DNA of 64,000 nucleotides from the human T2T-CHM13v2.0 reference genome, Homo sapiens. The translations under genes and the position numbers were made by a program. Of this stretch, positions 15,837-32,300 are shown in pieces (position 1 is the first letter of the stretch; every line of letters begins with the position of its first letter). The stretch lies in assembly GCF_009914755.1 (NCBI RefSeq), contig NC_060940.1; one strand, given 5' to 3'. The notes under the pieces were generated by a model. It was not told where the DNA came from and searched no databases. It saw only the letters and a list, made by a program, of their open reading frames with translations.

Positions 15837-16830
15837 CTCAGCACTATTTGTGTAGCAACACTGTGGCAATAAGCCCAAGTGTCCACCAATAAGAGACTCA
15901 CTGAAGAATGATACATAAAAGACATATCTACACACTGAAGACTAAGCTGCTTTATAAAAACAAAGAGCGACACTCTGATAAAGTACTCCAGTATATATGG
16001 TTAGTAAAAAAAAAAACAAGCAACACAAGTAATGCAACATGCTACCACTAGCATACTCATTCCAGAGAACAAGGAGGTTACAGAGGAGACTGAAAAGCCA
16101 GAGAGAGCAGGTAGGAAAATGGGTGGAAGGGGTGGGCAGGGGAAGTGACAGTGTGTCTCTGCCTAGGTTTGATTTTTGAACCATGTGACTGTATTCCTCT
16201 TTTTTTTTTAACGACTGTAAAACAAAATAAACACTCTTCATACTAGAAATAAAATGTTAGAAAAATCTGGATTCAAAACTAGGATTACTGTTATACACTG
16301 GCAAAGTTCACTAACATTCCCAAAGGCAGTTTTCTCATTGACATAATGAGATACAACAGCGTGCATGAGGTCCTCAGTGGGCCTGCACCCTACAGGTGCT
16401 CCACACATGCAAATCACTACTATTACCATTACTATTACATAACAGATATAATATATAATTATACTGTCACTACTATAACCAGCATTACATACTAAGACAG
16501 CCCACGTTCAGAGTATAAAGAAGGCTGTGGAACCCTCTGTAGAAGGTGGGAGGGCCTGGGGCTGTGGCTAAAGGGGAGCTCTCTGGGGCTGTGCCACCTG
16601 AACCTGGAACCTGGGCCCCCAGGTTGGGTCCCCAGGCCTGTGCGCCTCAGCTTGCTCATCATTCACTCTCAACACGGATAACACGTTCAACTGCAAACAC
16701 GTTTAAAAACCACAGGCCAGCTCCCCCTACCAATACCAGAAAAAGCAAGTCTCCACACGGGCCCAGGATGAGAACCTACAAGTGGTACTAGCTACAAAAC
16801 CCATGGAGAACACGGTTCTTGCACACACAC

Positions 16831-17005
16831 CTTATGAGACGTCGGACAGCTACACGGCAGAGGCATCTACAGGGTGTAGCCAGATCTTCTAAATGGGCCA
16901 TGACAACAACTGCCGTTTGTTGCAGATCAATGGCAAGCTCGTTGTCTTGTGGAGGGTGAGGTACCTCAGGAAACTCTCACTGGGGCTCAGAGGGCCAGAC
17001 AAAAG
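16831..17005 (-). pseudogene. HERC2P: HERC2P exon 10 (175 nt, frameshifted)
   Basis: LLSGPLSPSESFLRYLT / shift / PQDNELAIDLQQTAVVVMAHL...TSHK|GT. Confidence 0.88.
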
Positions 17006-18029
17006 CTAGAAAGGAAAGGTAAACAAACATTCAGAAATGGTGGGAAAAATTAAAGTAATACAGTTAGCCTTTACCCACTCTTTATATTTTGGTATTGACT
17101 CATTTGACCCATCAAATGACAATGTCGATGATACAGTTATACTATACATCTATATATTTATGTAGCATACAAACTGTATAAATGTCTAAATGTGCTGTAC
17201 ACATGTACACAACATTGACTGTGCATGTATACATTTATGACACCACAGGTAAGTTGAATCCACACAGATTACTAACATGACCAAACCACCCTACAGGCCT
17301 AGGACCCCTGGAGAAAGGCAGAACCACCTCTGTGGGAACCCAGAACAGCATCTCAAGCTGGCCTTGAAATCTAAAACCAAAACCTTTATTTTAATCTAAA
17401 CATTGCCCACTCTGGAGAACACCTACTTTCATTTGCAAATTAAATCATAGTTCTAATTCTTCTAAAGGCAGAAGAGCCCTATTATCATTAGTTTAAAGAC
17501 TAACAAATAATAGAAAAATTAAACCAAAGCATGATATTGAAATGCCTAAGACTTTCCCAAAAAGATGCAAAATTCAACTTGTACTTGAACTGTAAAGACC
17601 AGCAGTCCTGGAGGTTTACGCCCAGGGCCCCACATGCCTGCTCCTCCCCCAGCTCGGCGTCCACACCTGTTAAGGGGGGAGCTGGTACTAAACAGAGTGA
17701 CAGCTCAGATGACATGCCCTGCACAGAGCCCAGTACATAGGAAGGGCCAACAAAGAAAGCCACTATTTTCGTTGTTCTTTTCTAGTATTGATTTAAAAGT
17801 GTGTGTTTCAAGCTTGGTTCTGTGCTGACAAGGAAGTCGGTGCTCACTGATCCAAGTCTTCTCCACAAACAAGTGGCCTCCCACACCTGTCTCATCTGAC
17901 TCGCTGCTGTTACCACCAAATACACCCACGCCAGAGAAAAACACTGCCGTGGACACACACACTGGTCTTGCGTAAAAAATAACTAGACTTGAGTACCACC
18001 TAAACACAACGTTCCATCATGACACTCAC

Positions 18030-18201
18030 GTGCATGTTGCCCTCGGAGGGGGGCGTATCCTTACCGCAAATGATGCTCTGGAACGTTTGCAGCAAGGACA
18101 AAAGCAAGGTGCTGGTGCCCTGGGCAGAACGCTCATTGTCAGTTTCCTGTGCCCTGCTGTCCCACAGCTGAAGCAACAACAGGATGGCAGACAACATTTG
18201 G
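18030..18201 (-). pseudogene. HERC2P: HERC2P exon 9 (172 nt, open)
   Basis: QMLSAILLLLQLWDSRAQETDNERSAQGTS...SEGNMH|GTGAGT. Confidence 0.9.
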
Positions 18202-18699
18202 CTAAAGGAGAAAACACATTTATTCCTAGTAAAAACAGATTAACTTTTTTTTTCATGGTTGATCAAAAATAAAAGCAAACAGCTAGATAGAAGTGAAGCA
18301 ATACTTGGGATATGAAAGGAAATGAAAGTAAAGCCGTGGTAATTAAATCACTGAATTGACACTAAGATTTTAGCACAAGTCATCGCCTTCTGCTGATAGG
18401 AAAGACCAGTTAAGAAGCTCAAAGAGCACATTCACATGGAAGTTCTAGGATCTTAAATTCATGGAATAAAAATAATTAAATGAGGAAAACTGAAAGAAAA
18501 AAAAAAAAAAAGAACAGTTCCCAGGCTAGAAAACTGAGCATAAAAAAGGAAGTGAAGAAAAGGTAAAGAGAGAGCGAGCTCTGGGACATGGTGCTCTCTG
18601 CTGCAGTCAAACACGATTCAGTGAAATGCACACAATGCAACAGGTATTTGGATACAGAGGCGCTTCCCCAAAGCGTTCCCATTCTGCACAAGCCCTCAC

Positions 18700-18809
18700 C
18701 TCAGCGTGCCTCTCTGCACAGCCAGCTCCAGCAGGATGGCCAGAGCCAAGTGCTGGTCCTGCAGGGGCATGCTTCTGGCCTTTTGGTGCCTGGCGTTCCG
18801 TGAACATCC
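18700..18809 (-). pseudogene. HERC2P: HERC2P exon 8 (110 nt, 1-nt deletion)
   Basis: DVHGTPGTKRP / shift / MPLQDQHLALAILLELAVQRGTL; AG/GT intact. Confidence 0.88.
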
Positions 18810-19255
18810 CTGAAATGAAAACAGTGGATGCAGGAACACAGCGACCTCCAGAAAGACAGTATGCTTACAATCACACTAACATGTTTACTACATGCTCCCT
18901 CCCAAGGAAGGATATATTCTTAATATTTAGAACCAAGTTTCTGAGACTTGCTACTCAAATTTTTCAGAGATTTTTAAAGTATACAATTAACTTACAGAAA
19001 TGTATTTTATTTAAAGTATTCATTCAGATACCGTATTACAGTAGATGACATACTCCAAGTGTGTGAAGCATAAAATATCTCATTATCCAAAACATGAGTA
19101 GAAGAATATCTAGCTACCTTTTCCAGTTTCAATGACGTGTAAGCCTATACCAGTATCAACCTTCTCCTACAGAATTAGAGAACCAATTTCTAAAACCACC
19201 TGAGGATCTGGAGGCAAAATGTCTATACTAATTTCTATCTCTGATCAAAGATTAC

Positions 19256-19385
19256 CTGGTTGCTTACTCCCATACCCAGCTCTCCAGAATTGACTTGGCC
19301 CTATATACAGGTGCAGGAGTTTCATCTTTTTTCTCTTTGTCATCCAGATCTTCTTTCTTTGTTCCACTTGGTTTGACACTATCAT
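19256..19385 (-). pseudogene. HERC2P: HERC2P exon 4 (130 nt, with indels)
   Basis: DSVKPSGTKKEDLDDKEKKDETPAPVYRAKSILESWVW followed by a frameshift; AG/GT intact. Confidence 0.88.
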
Positions 19386-19578
19386 CTGCAGAATTAAAAT
19401 TTTTTTAATCTGTAACCGCTTTTCAGAATGCCATACCATTAGTCAGTCTCTGCAAATGTCCCTCCCTGAAAAGTTACAACACACATCATTAACTGAATGT
19501 TTGACAACTCAAAAATAAAATATATCAATCATACCTGTAACAGATCCAGTATAATTTTCATAAACAAACCAATATATC

Positions 19579-19859
19579 GGCCGGGAGTGGTGGCTTATGC
19601 CTGTAATCCCAGCACTCTAAGAGGCCAAGGCCGGTGGATCACGAGGTCAGAAGATGGAGACCATCTTGGCTGACACAGTGAAACCCCGTCTCTACTGAAA
19701 ATACAAAAAATTGGCCAGGTATGATGGTGGACACCTATAGTTCCAGGTACTCGGGACGCTGAGGCAGGACAATGGCGTGAACCCGGGAGGCGGAGCTTGC
19801 GGTAAGCCGAGATGGCACCACTGCACTCTAGCCTGGGCAACAGAGCAAGACTCCATCTG

Positions 19860-19891
<32 letters not shown>

Positions 19892-19893
19892 GA
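19579..19893 (+). mobile_element. AluY-like
   Basis: Alu consensus, (AAAAG)n tail, TSD AAACCAATATATC. Confidence 0.95.
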
Positions 19894-20836
19894 AACCAAT
19901 ATATCAAATTATTTAAAGCATGTCTTCCAAAATGATATTTCATTAACTTCCTAGTAGATTTCACAACTGAGAAACTTAGTATTTGATATTTACCTACTTC
20001 AATTTCACACGAATTGCTTCCATCCATTGAGTCCCAATGCTTGCGTACCCATGGGAAAAGGGAGGGTGTAGAAAAGGAGTATGATTCAAAAATCTTTTAA
20101 CCCTTTCCAAGGCCCTACTCCACTGCCAACTGGCAAGCACTGCTATGCAGGGGCGCTGTCACTGATAGCATAATTCAAGAGCACTGGGACACAAAGGAAA
20201 AGCTGGGAAAAATGACTTTAGGCCACTGACAATGTAACGTTTCAGTCAAAAACAACTGTCATAAAACTCCTGACATAGTAAGCGAAGAGAAGAGAGAACT
20301 AACCTTAACCTTGAAGTGTAAACACGGTCCATCACAGAAGGCTGTGACTAAACGTCTAAACAACATAATTAGAAAAATGTACCTCAATCGGTGAAAGACA
20401 TGATATCCCATCCAGATTATAAATAATGAGTATCTAAAAATCCCTAAGGAAACAGTTCCTCTGTTTACAACACTTCTGACGCCAAATGTATGGACTTTTG
20501 CACCAAGCAATTCTCCAGTTCTTTGCGACACCCAGCTATGTGTCCCACAATGCAATTCAATTCTGAAACTAACTACCTAGAATTAGCACAGACCCCACAG
20601 GTTAATAACAGGAGAGAAAAGGTACAATGCTGGAAAAAAAATCTAAAGAACTAATAGCTGAAAACTTCCTAGGTTCAGCAAATGACAGAAACCTAGGCAG
20701 ACTGAAGAATCTGTGCAAAGCCCAAACAAGATAAATCCAAAGGAAGCCATGATGAGGCACATCATAATCAACTGCTAAACACTAAGGACAAAACCTTTTG
20801 AAAAGTGCCACAGAAAGTAGATACAGAGGAATGTCT

Positions 20837-21256
20837 TGTGTGGCCTGAAATTAAGACTAAATATTATGTGCTGCCTTGACGTCAGTAAAATCAAGAAGGC
20901 CTCAAATAGCCTAACCACAAGGTCTCCTCCAAGCTCTGCTCCCACGGATAAGATCCCAGAGCCAAACAACCCTCCTTATCGCGGAGACCCGACCCCAGCC
21001 TGCTCATCCCTGCCGGTCCAGAGTTATTCCAACAAGCCAATCACATCTTCCCACGGAAGCAAGGTCATTTCACCCTCTTCTTACTACAAAATGTGCCTCC
21101 CACAGCCCCTCGTGGTTCACTCTGTTCCCAAGTGCAGCCCCCGTGTGACATGCGGTGTCCCCCACCCCCAGGGCTGTGAGCATGCGTGACTAATAAACTG
21201 CTATTTCATCTGTCCAGTGTTGGTGTCTTATGTTCAGCCATCCCATATCCCTAAGG
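20837..21256 (+). mobile_element. Solo LTR (LTR47-like; subfamily tentative)
   Basis: TG start, aataaa near 21192, LTR-like composition. Confidence 0.5.
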
Positions 21257-21339
21257 CAGGAATCTTCTAGGATTATAAACAGAACTTTAATCAACCTCTC
21301 CTTGGTTATTTTACTGGTTCCATGATACAGCTTTTTCTG

Positions 21340-22115
21340 TGCAAAAGATCTGAACAGAAACTTCACAAAGGATACAAGAGTGGCAAAGAAGAACATGATA
21401 TTCAGCATTGTTAGCCATTATGGAAATGCAAATTTAAACCACAATGAGATCCCACTAGACGTGTTAGAATGGCTCAACTAAAAAACACTGATAACACCAA
21501 GTGCTAACAAAGACACAGAGCAACAGAAACGTGACAGATTACCAGCAGGAATGCAAACTAAAACAGCCACTTTGGAAAACAGTTCAGCACATGACCCAAT
21601 TTTCACACTACTAGGTCTTTATCCTAGGGAAATGGAAACTATATTCACACAAAATCTGTACAGAAATGCTCACAGCAGGATTACAATTGTGAAAGAAAAA
21701 CGGAAACAACCACAAGGTCCTACAATAGCAGAATGGATAAACACAATGTGGTACATCCAAATGATGAAACACCATTCATCAATAAAAAGAACTATTAATA
21801 CACAGAACAACAATAAATCTCAAACATATAACTAGGAGTAAATGAAGATGGTTTCAAAACGTTACTTAAAATATGGTTCCACTCACATGACATTCTCAAA
21901 AAGAATACCCTATACTGATGGAGAACAGATCAGTGGTTGCCAGGGTATGAGGCCAGGGGATATGTGATAAAAAGCAGCACCTTAAGGGAGCTTTTGGGGT
22001 GATGAAACTTCTCCATCCTGATGATGGCGGGGGTTAAATGAATCTATAGGGTCAAAATTTACTGAACTAGATACCACAATAAAATAAATTTCATGTAAGT
22101 TTTTTAATAAAAAAA
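21340..22115 (+). mobile_element. L1ME-type 3' fragment
   Basis: gaaatgcaaatttaaaccacaatgagat...gaatggataaacacaatgtggtacatcca...gatcagtggttgccagg. Confidence 0.7.
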
Positions 22116-22120
22116 AAGTT

Positions 22121-23550
<1,430 letters not shown>

Positions 23551-24447
23551 CAAACAACAAATTCATCAAATGTAATAAATAAAACATATACTTTGGATTT
23601 TTCCATGTGCTTAGCTTTTCTTAGAGCATCTTTTAGAATTATTGTTTCACAAAAAAACACTTTGGGAAATGTTTTAATTTATTAACACATACTAGGGCTA
23701 GGAAGAGAGCTTAAAACTTTTTAAAATATACAGAATGAATTACAGATACGTGAAAGAAAAAAAAAAAAAAAAAGATTGCTGACTCCTGTCATGGAAGGCC
23801 CTATCATATGGACATTCTTAGCCTCAGCATCCGGAGGTCCAGAAAGGGACAATTTCGAGTCAGAGAGAATTCTATATATACCATTTATTTGGAACCTTCA
23901 GCCCTTAAGATTCCAACATCATGACCTCAGTTTCAACACAATTGTCCTTAGACCTTGTATTGCATACAAATACAAAACAAACACCTCGACTGAACTAACT
24001 CTTGTCTCTCCAAAAACACAAACACAAGACCTCATAAAATGAGTGCGTTTCTATTGGCCATAATTACTGCAACTTACTTCTCCAACTTTCCCCTGCACAG
24101 TTAACTAAACAGCTCAAAAACTATCAGTAACAAATAACAGTCACCATCATATGGTTAGGAGTGTGGCAGATTTCTTAACCAGTAATAAAAAAATAGGAAA
24201 AAAATTTTGCCTATTCATAGATCTCAAGTTTCGTGCACTTGCAAGAAACTAATTAAAAGGCAGCCGTGCACGATCTACAAAAACAGCCATAAAGACTGTT
24301 ACATTTTAAGTTACAGGAAACAAACCTGCTCCTCTACTATAGCAAGAAACAACTGACTTCCCCTTACATACCCTAAAAAAAAAAAGACACGAGAAATTTA
24401 AACATGGAAGCAGAAATACACCAAGAAAGAGACATGTCAAACCCCAC

Positions 24448-24550
24448 CTGTATATCTGTTTTCAACCATTTGGAGTCAAGGCGAGCCTGGGCAGCCAAAC
24501 ACAAATATTCAGAGGGCATCTTTTCTCCAGCTTCCTCCCAGTTCTCAGGC
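24448..24550 (-). pseudogene. HERC2P: HERC2P exon 2 with start ATG (24519)
   Basis: TTGCAG|...ATG CCC TCT...ATA CAG|GTGGGG; 103 nt; MPSEYLCLAAQARLDSKWLKTDIQ. Confidence 0.93.
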
Positions 24551-24792
24551 CTGCAAGTAAACATACATGTTGAAGACCTAACGCTTTTTAATATTTTACA
24601 AAGACATTCCCGAAAAGTTTAATGCAGAAAAAAAAGAACAGAAAGATGGGAGAGAAGAGCTCGGGGAAGGGAATGAAGAGGAAAGAGAGATAGAGGGAAG
24701 AGATGGAGGGAGAGGGAGGTGGGGAAGGGAAAGCCTCCTTCCTAGATAGGCAAGGTATGCCGGGTTTCTGCACCACGCTGGCGAGACCTTGA

Positions 24793-25188
<396 letters not shown>

Positions 25189-25329
25189 AGGAAGCCCATC
25201 GTTTGAACGACAAATGACAGCAGCGTGAATCTGCCGCTTTACCCAACAGCAGGGCGCCTGCATGAAACAAATTACTCAAAAGGCTCACCTGCAGAAAAAC
25301 CCACAGCCACCACCACTTAGAGATAGAGA

Positions 25330-25810
25330 GAGGCAGGGGGCTGCGCCGCGGGCGGTCCGCGCAGCAACCCCCCCCCCGCCCCCCCACCCCTTGTGCCGCC
25401 CGCCAACCCCGCACCGCCTCCGACGCCGGACGCCCCGGTGCCCCAGGCCAGGACCTGAGGCGCAGGGCCCGGCCTCCTCGCCCCGCAGGCGTGCGCACAC
25501 AGCCTCCCAGCAGCCGCTGGCTCAGCCGGCGCCCGCGATCCCGACGCCTCTCGCTACCCGAGGGGCGTGCCCGCGCGGGACTGCCGCCCCCTCCACCGAC
25601 CCGCGCTTACCGCCAATCGCAAGGCGGCTCCGCGGGCGCAGCCAATGGGGAAGAGGAGCCCTTCCCTGCTCCTCCTGACTCTCCCGCTTCCTGCAATCCC
25701 GTTTATCTTCCTACTTGGAGCTCACCCACTGCAGCCAGGGCCAACCGCCGGCGCCGGAAGGCGGGATTTCCGCGGCACGCACGCACGCCCGCACTCCCAC
25801 GGGAGTCAGT
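25330..25810 (-). promoter_or_regulatory. CpG-island promoter of HERC2P
   Basis: Dense CpG, GC boxes, two CCAAT boxes (25613-25617, 25642-25646), CCGGAAG ETS-type motif near 25754, no obvious TATA. Confidence 0.8.
25455..25560 (-). pseudogene. HERC2P: HERC2P exon 1 (5' UTR); start approximate
   Basis: Minus strand GAGAGGCGTCGGGATCGCGGGCGCCGGCTGAGCCAGCGG...CCCTGCGCCTCAG|GT resembles the HERC2 5' UTR; lies inside the CpG island. Confidence 0.75.
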
Positions 25811-26208
25811 TTCTCACCAGCTGAATTATTTGAATTTAGCACCACTAAAAGTGGAGCAATCAGGTACGGAGTGCCTCCAGAGCTGATGTAGCAGAAATCA
25901 CTGACACCATCTTTTTTTTTTTTTTTTTTTTTTGAGACAGTCTCATTGCGTCGCGGAGGCTGGACTGCAGTGGCATGATATCAGCTCACTGCAACCTCCA
26001 CCTCCCGGGTTTAGGTGCCTCAGCTTTCCGAGTAGCTGGGATTACAGGCATCTGCCACCCACCCGGCTAATTTTTGTATTTTCAGTAGGAACGGAGTTTC
26101 ATCACAAACTGCTGACCTCTGGTGATCCGCCCGCCTCAGCCTACCAAAGTTCTGGGATTACAGGTGTGAGCCGCCGTGCCCGGCCTATTTCAGATATTTT
26201 AAATATTA

Positions 26209-26723
<515 letters not shown>

Positions 26724-27295
26724 CTGAAGAACGCAACATCATGATTAACTTTTTAAAGGAATATTACAAAAATCACAGCATCCGAAAATTTTTTGGTCAT
26801 TGCAATGATCTTGATCAGGCAATGAGAAAATAAATCCTTGAAGAATGAGTACATGGAAAAGAGGACCAAGAGCAGAGACTATGGCAATTTGATGCAAGAG
26901 ACTTTTTTTTTTTTTTTTTTTGAGACGGAGTCTTGCTCTGTCACCAGAGCAAGTGCAGTGGCTCAATCTTGGCTTATTGCAACCTCCGCCTCCTGGGTTC
27001 AAGCAATTCTTCTGCCTCAGCCTCCCACATAGCTGGGACTACAGGTGTGTGCCACCACACCCAGCTAATTTTTGTATTTTTAGTAGAGACAGGATTTCAC
27101 CGTGTTGGCTATGGCCAGGATGGTCTCGATCTCCTGACCTTGTGATCTGCCCACCTCAGCCTCCCAAAGTGCTGAGATTACAGGTGTGAGCCACCGTGTC
27201 CAGCCGCAAAAGAGACTTTTTAATTCTCCAGAGGAATCTGAAAAATAAATTGTATTTTCACTGGATGCCTTGGCTGAGAGAAGACTGAAAGACTA

Positions 27296-27811
<516 letters not shown>

Positions 27812-28174
27812 TTATCTCAGTAACTTATCTCCCTGAATAAAGGAATATGATAAGTTAAAATAAAATAATTTATTTTAAAAACTTGTTTAAATAGGCCGGG
27901 CACGGTGGCTCACACCTATAATCCCAGCACTTTGGGAGGCTGAGGTGGACGAATCATGAGGTCAGGCGATCGAGACCATCCTGGCTAATATGGTGAAACC
28001 CTCTCCACTAAACATACAAAATTAACCGGGCCTGGTGGCGGGTGCCTGTAATCGCAGCTACTTAGGAAGCTGAGGCAGGGGAATCACTTGAACCCGGTAG
28101 GGGGAGGTTGCAGTGAACCAAGATCGGGCCACTGCACCACTGCCCTCAAGCCTGGGCGACAGAGCGAGACTCCA

Positions 28175-28175
<1 letters not shown>

Positions 28176-28210
<35 letters not shown>

Positions 28211-28226
28211 ACACACACACACACAC
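28176..28226. repeat. (CA)n microsatellite
   Basis: Visible CA run replacing the Alu tail. Confidence 0.95.
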
Positions 28227-28337
28227 TGTTTATAAATAAATTAATAATTTATTTTTAAAAATTAATAGACTGAATCTGTAGGCTTTGTAATATCTAGTTT
28301 ATCTACTCCAATACCTCTTGGAGGCATACTTCCTTTA

Positions 28338-28703
<366 letters not shown>

Positions 28704-29078
28704 TCACCGTGTTAGCCAGGATGGTGTCGATCTCCTGACCTCATGATCCGCCTGCCTCGGCCTCCCAAAGTCCTGGGATTACAGGTGTGAGCCACCGCGC
28801 TCAGCCAGGTATGTGATCTTGAGCAAGTTTCTAAGCCTCTTTGTGCCCCAATGTCCATTTCTTACAATAGGGATAATAATAGCAACCTTTAAGTGAGTCA
28901 TTACGCATAGAGTTTAATTAGAAGAGCTCTTGACATACAGCAAATACTAAAAACATTCAGTAGCATCCACAGTAGAAAACGCAGGGCCGGGCGCGGTGGC
29001 ACACGCCTGTAATCCTAGCACTTTGGGAGGCCGAGACGGGCGGATCATGAGGTCAGGAGATCGAGACCATCCTGGCTA

Positions 29079-29375
<297 letters not shown>

Positions 29376-32300
29376 TCATTTTACTCTCACAAAACCCCAG
29401 GAGTTTGGTATCTTTATTCTAATTTTAAAGACGAGAAACTGAGGCTTGAAAATATTAGGGATATGTCCAAGGTCACGGCGGAGCTTGCAATGAGCCGAGA
29501 TCACGCCACTGCACTCCAGCCTGGGCAACAAACAGAAGAAGACTCCGTCTCAAAATAAATAAAAATAAATAAATAAATAAATAATTAAAAAAGATGTATT
29601 TGGATGGTTAATGCATTTTTAATGTATAATCATCTACTGTAGTTAAAAGATGATCAAATGTGCTGATTCACTCAGTGTGTTTCAAATGCAGGACTTAAGG
29701 AACAATATGCCATAAGCCACCAACTTATTGTTTTCTTTTAAATTATATATCTAACACGCATACATACACACACACACACACACATATATATACAAAATGT
29801 TAATAATGATGAAAATTTTGAGCATCATGAAGAATAGTATATATGTAATATATGTTTTTTCACAAGAGTTTTCCAACTTCTGTACTTTTTTTTTAGTAGA
29901 ATACATTAGATACTACAAAAGAAATGAAAACAAAATGATGTGGAATAGCATGTAAACAATAGAAGGAAGTTTTTGAAGACTGTTACAACACAGCTTCCCT
30001 AGCTAATAATACCTGAGAAAACCTGCACATGTGGCATATATGTGTCGCTACCTTTTAGCATATATAATGGGTTTATTAATATTTCTTCATAGCATTGATG
30101 GGATGAATATATAAAATAGTATCTATAAATACCTAGACCTTTGCTGGGTGTATAGTAAATATTGTGTTAAAATAGAACTCTTCCATCTTTCTGCAGAAAT
30201 ACTCTATGCAGTGATTACTTCTGGCTGTGATACATAAAAACAGGAAAATCTCAATAGAGAAAAAATACGTATTGATGATACATAATCTGGATTTTTCCAA
30301 AGAACAAAAACTATGAATTGGGTTGCAAGGATTTCATGTTAAGACAACAGTAAGAATAAAGACATGGAGTAGAAGATACACACGTTGAGTAGGTTTAACA
30401 GGCCTGAGCAAAAGATGCATATAATGAAACGTCACAAGAACAGACTAGAAATTCCTCTAAGCCTGTTGCGAGAGCCAAAGAAAATACATCTGTATTTGAC
30501 TGTTGATAATGAGGAATTTCTGAAAGGTTGACCTATAGAAGTTCTGAAAAAATGCTTCTAAACAAACCAGATTCCTTTGTCAAACAGATAAGGGAAATTA
30601 TGGATATGTAATGCCACTTTAGAAATTTCAAATGCACATTAACAAAGCAACAGCAAAAAGCAAACCCCATTTAACATTGTTTAACCTAGATTTTATGAAC
30701 TTATTTACCAAGGAAACTCTCCCATCTGTATTTCCCTACTTGTAATACTTATTAAGAATCACTATTTTGGTGTCGTTGGAATTTACTTAGAGAAATGCGG
30801 TCTAACCTCTGCTTTAAGAAGACAACTCTGGCAGAACTATCAATTGGAAAAAGAGAGTTTAGATGCTAGGAGGCCATTATAATAGCTCACTTGAGAGCTA
30901 ATCTGTGCATGACTCTGATGGGAGAAAATAAAACTGAGAAAAAGGCATGCATTGGAGGCAACAATCCTTGGAATGTGATTGACTGTAGAGAATAATGAAT
31001 GTGGAAGACCCAGAACAGACTTTAAAATGTTAAGCCCAAATGACTGTCTGACAGGTGGTATCTGTAACAAAAATTGGAAACTCTGAAGGAAGAACAAGAT
31101 TCTGAGGAAACGACTAATTTTTTAATGTGTTGAGCTTGAGGGCCTGCTTTGGAACTAACAGGCAGCTGAAGATTTCATTTCATGTCAAAGAAACTTAATT
31201 TAAAATCCATCAAGTACTAAACTCAGAGCTAAATGTGAAGGACTGAAATACCAACTTGCCCACCATGTTAGGTTTATGAGAGCTCAATGCAGAAATGCCT
31301 CTGAAGTGGGAAAATCTATAATTTCTCCGAAGAAGCACTGTCTGTGCTCTGGAGGTCAGAAAATTTCTAGACTCATGTCTTCATTAGGGTAGATCGAGAA
31401 GCCTTTTAGAAATTAAATTTTGGACATGCCCATGTGTCCTCTGAGCCTGTCCTTTCTGTCAGAAGTCACGCAGAGACCCAAATGTCAAAAAGGGACACAC
31501 TCTTTTGTTGATGCACAAGATTGTGGCATTCCAATCTCTTTCTGAAAATACATTATTGGATTCTTTGCAGCCAAATTCTTAAGAAAAGTTTGGTATTGGA
31601 GACTAATATTCCATGAAGAATTACCTGAAGCATGAGGAAATCATCCCTTTAGATCAGTGGATTTTTTGCTTTAATTTTTAAATTGACACATCATTGTACA
31701 TATTTATAGGGTATAGGGTGATATTTTGATTAGATCAGTGTTTTATATAGCATGTTATGTAAAGCTTCTGAGAAGAGTCAGGGAGCATCTTAGAAAGCAA
31801 AATGGAGTCTGTAAACAGACATGTAATGAATACTAAGACATGTAATGAATCTTCATGCCCTCCCAGATATTTCAGAGACATCCAGTTATGTTGGGATCAC
31901 GTGGAAAGATCTAAGAGACTCTGAGGTGAAGTGCCATGAATCACTCTGGGGCTGAGGCAGTAAAAAGCCCCTGCCTCCTTCCCAGGTTCTCTCCTTTTCC
32001 ACTTCCAGTACTTTGAAGGTTACGTGCAATGTGTGTCATAGGTTAATGATAGAGGAGTTTATTCTGACTGACATTGAACTTTATGGGAGCAACCCACAAA
32101 CTTTGGTGTGGTTGAGCCACTGAGAATTCAAGCTTAGTATCTTCTTGTTGCTGTTGCTGTTTACCAACACTGTGGTATTTCTACAGGGCTCAAGCGGGCA
32201 GAGAAATTCCATGTGAACAAGAATGTCTCATGTTGGGCTTCTGTATAAATTGTGCTGTTGAAAAATGTTAAGCAGATAAAAATTTTAGAAATTCATTGCT

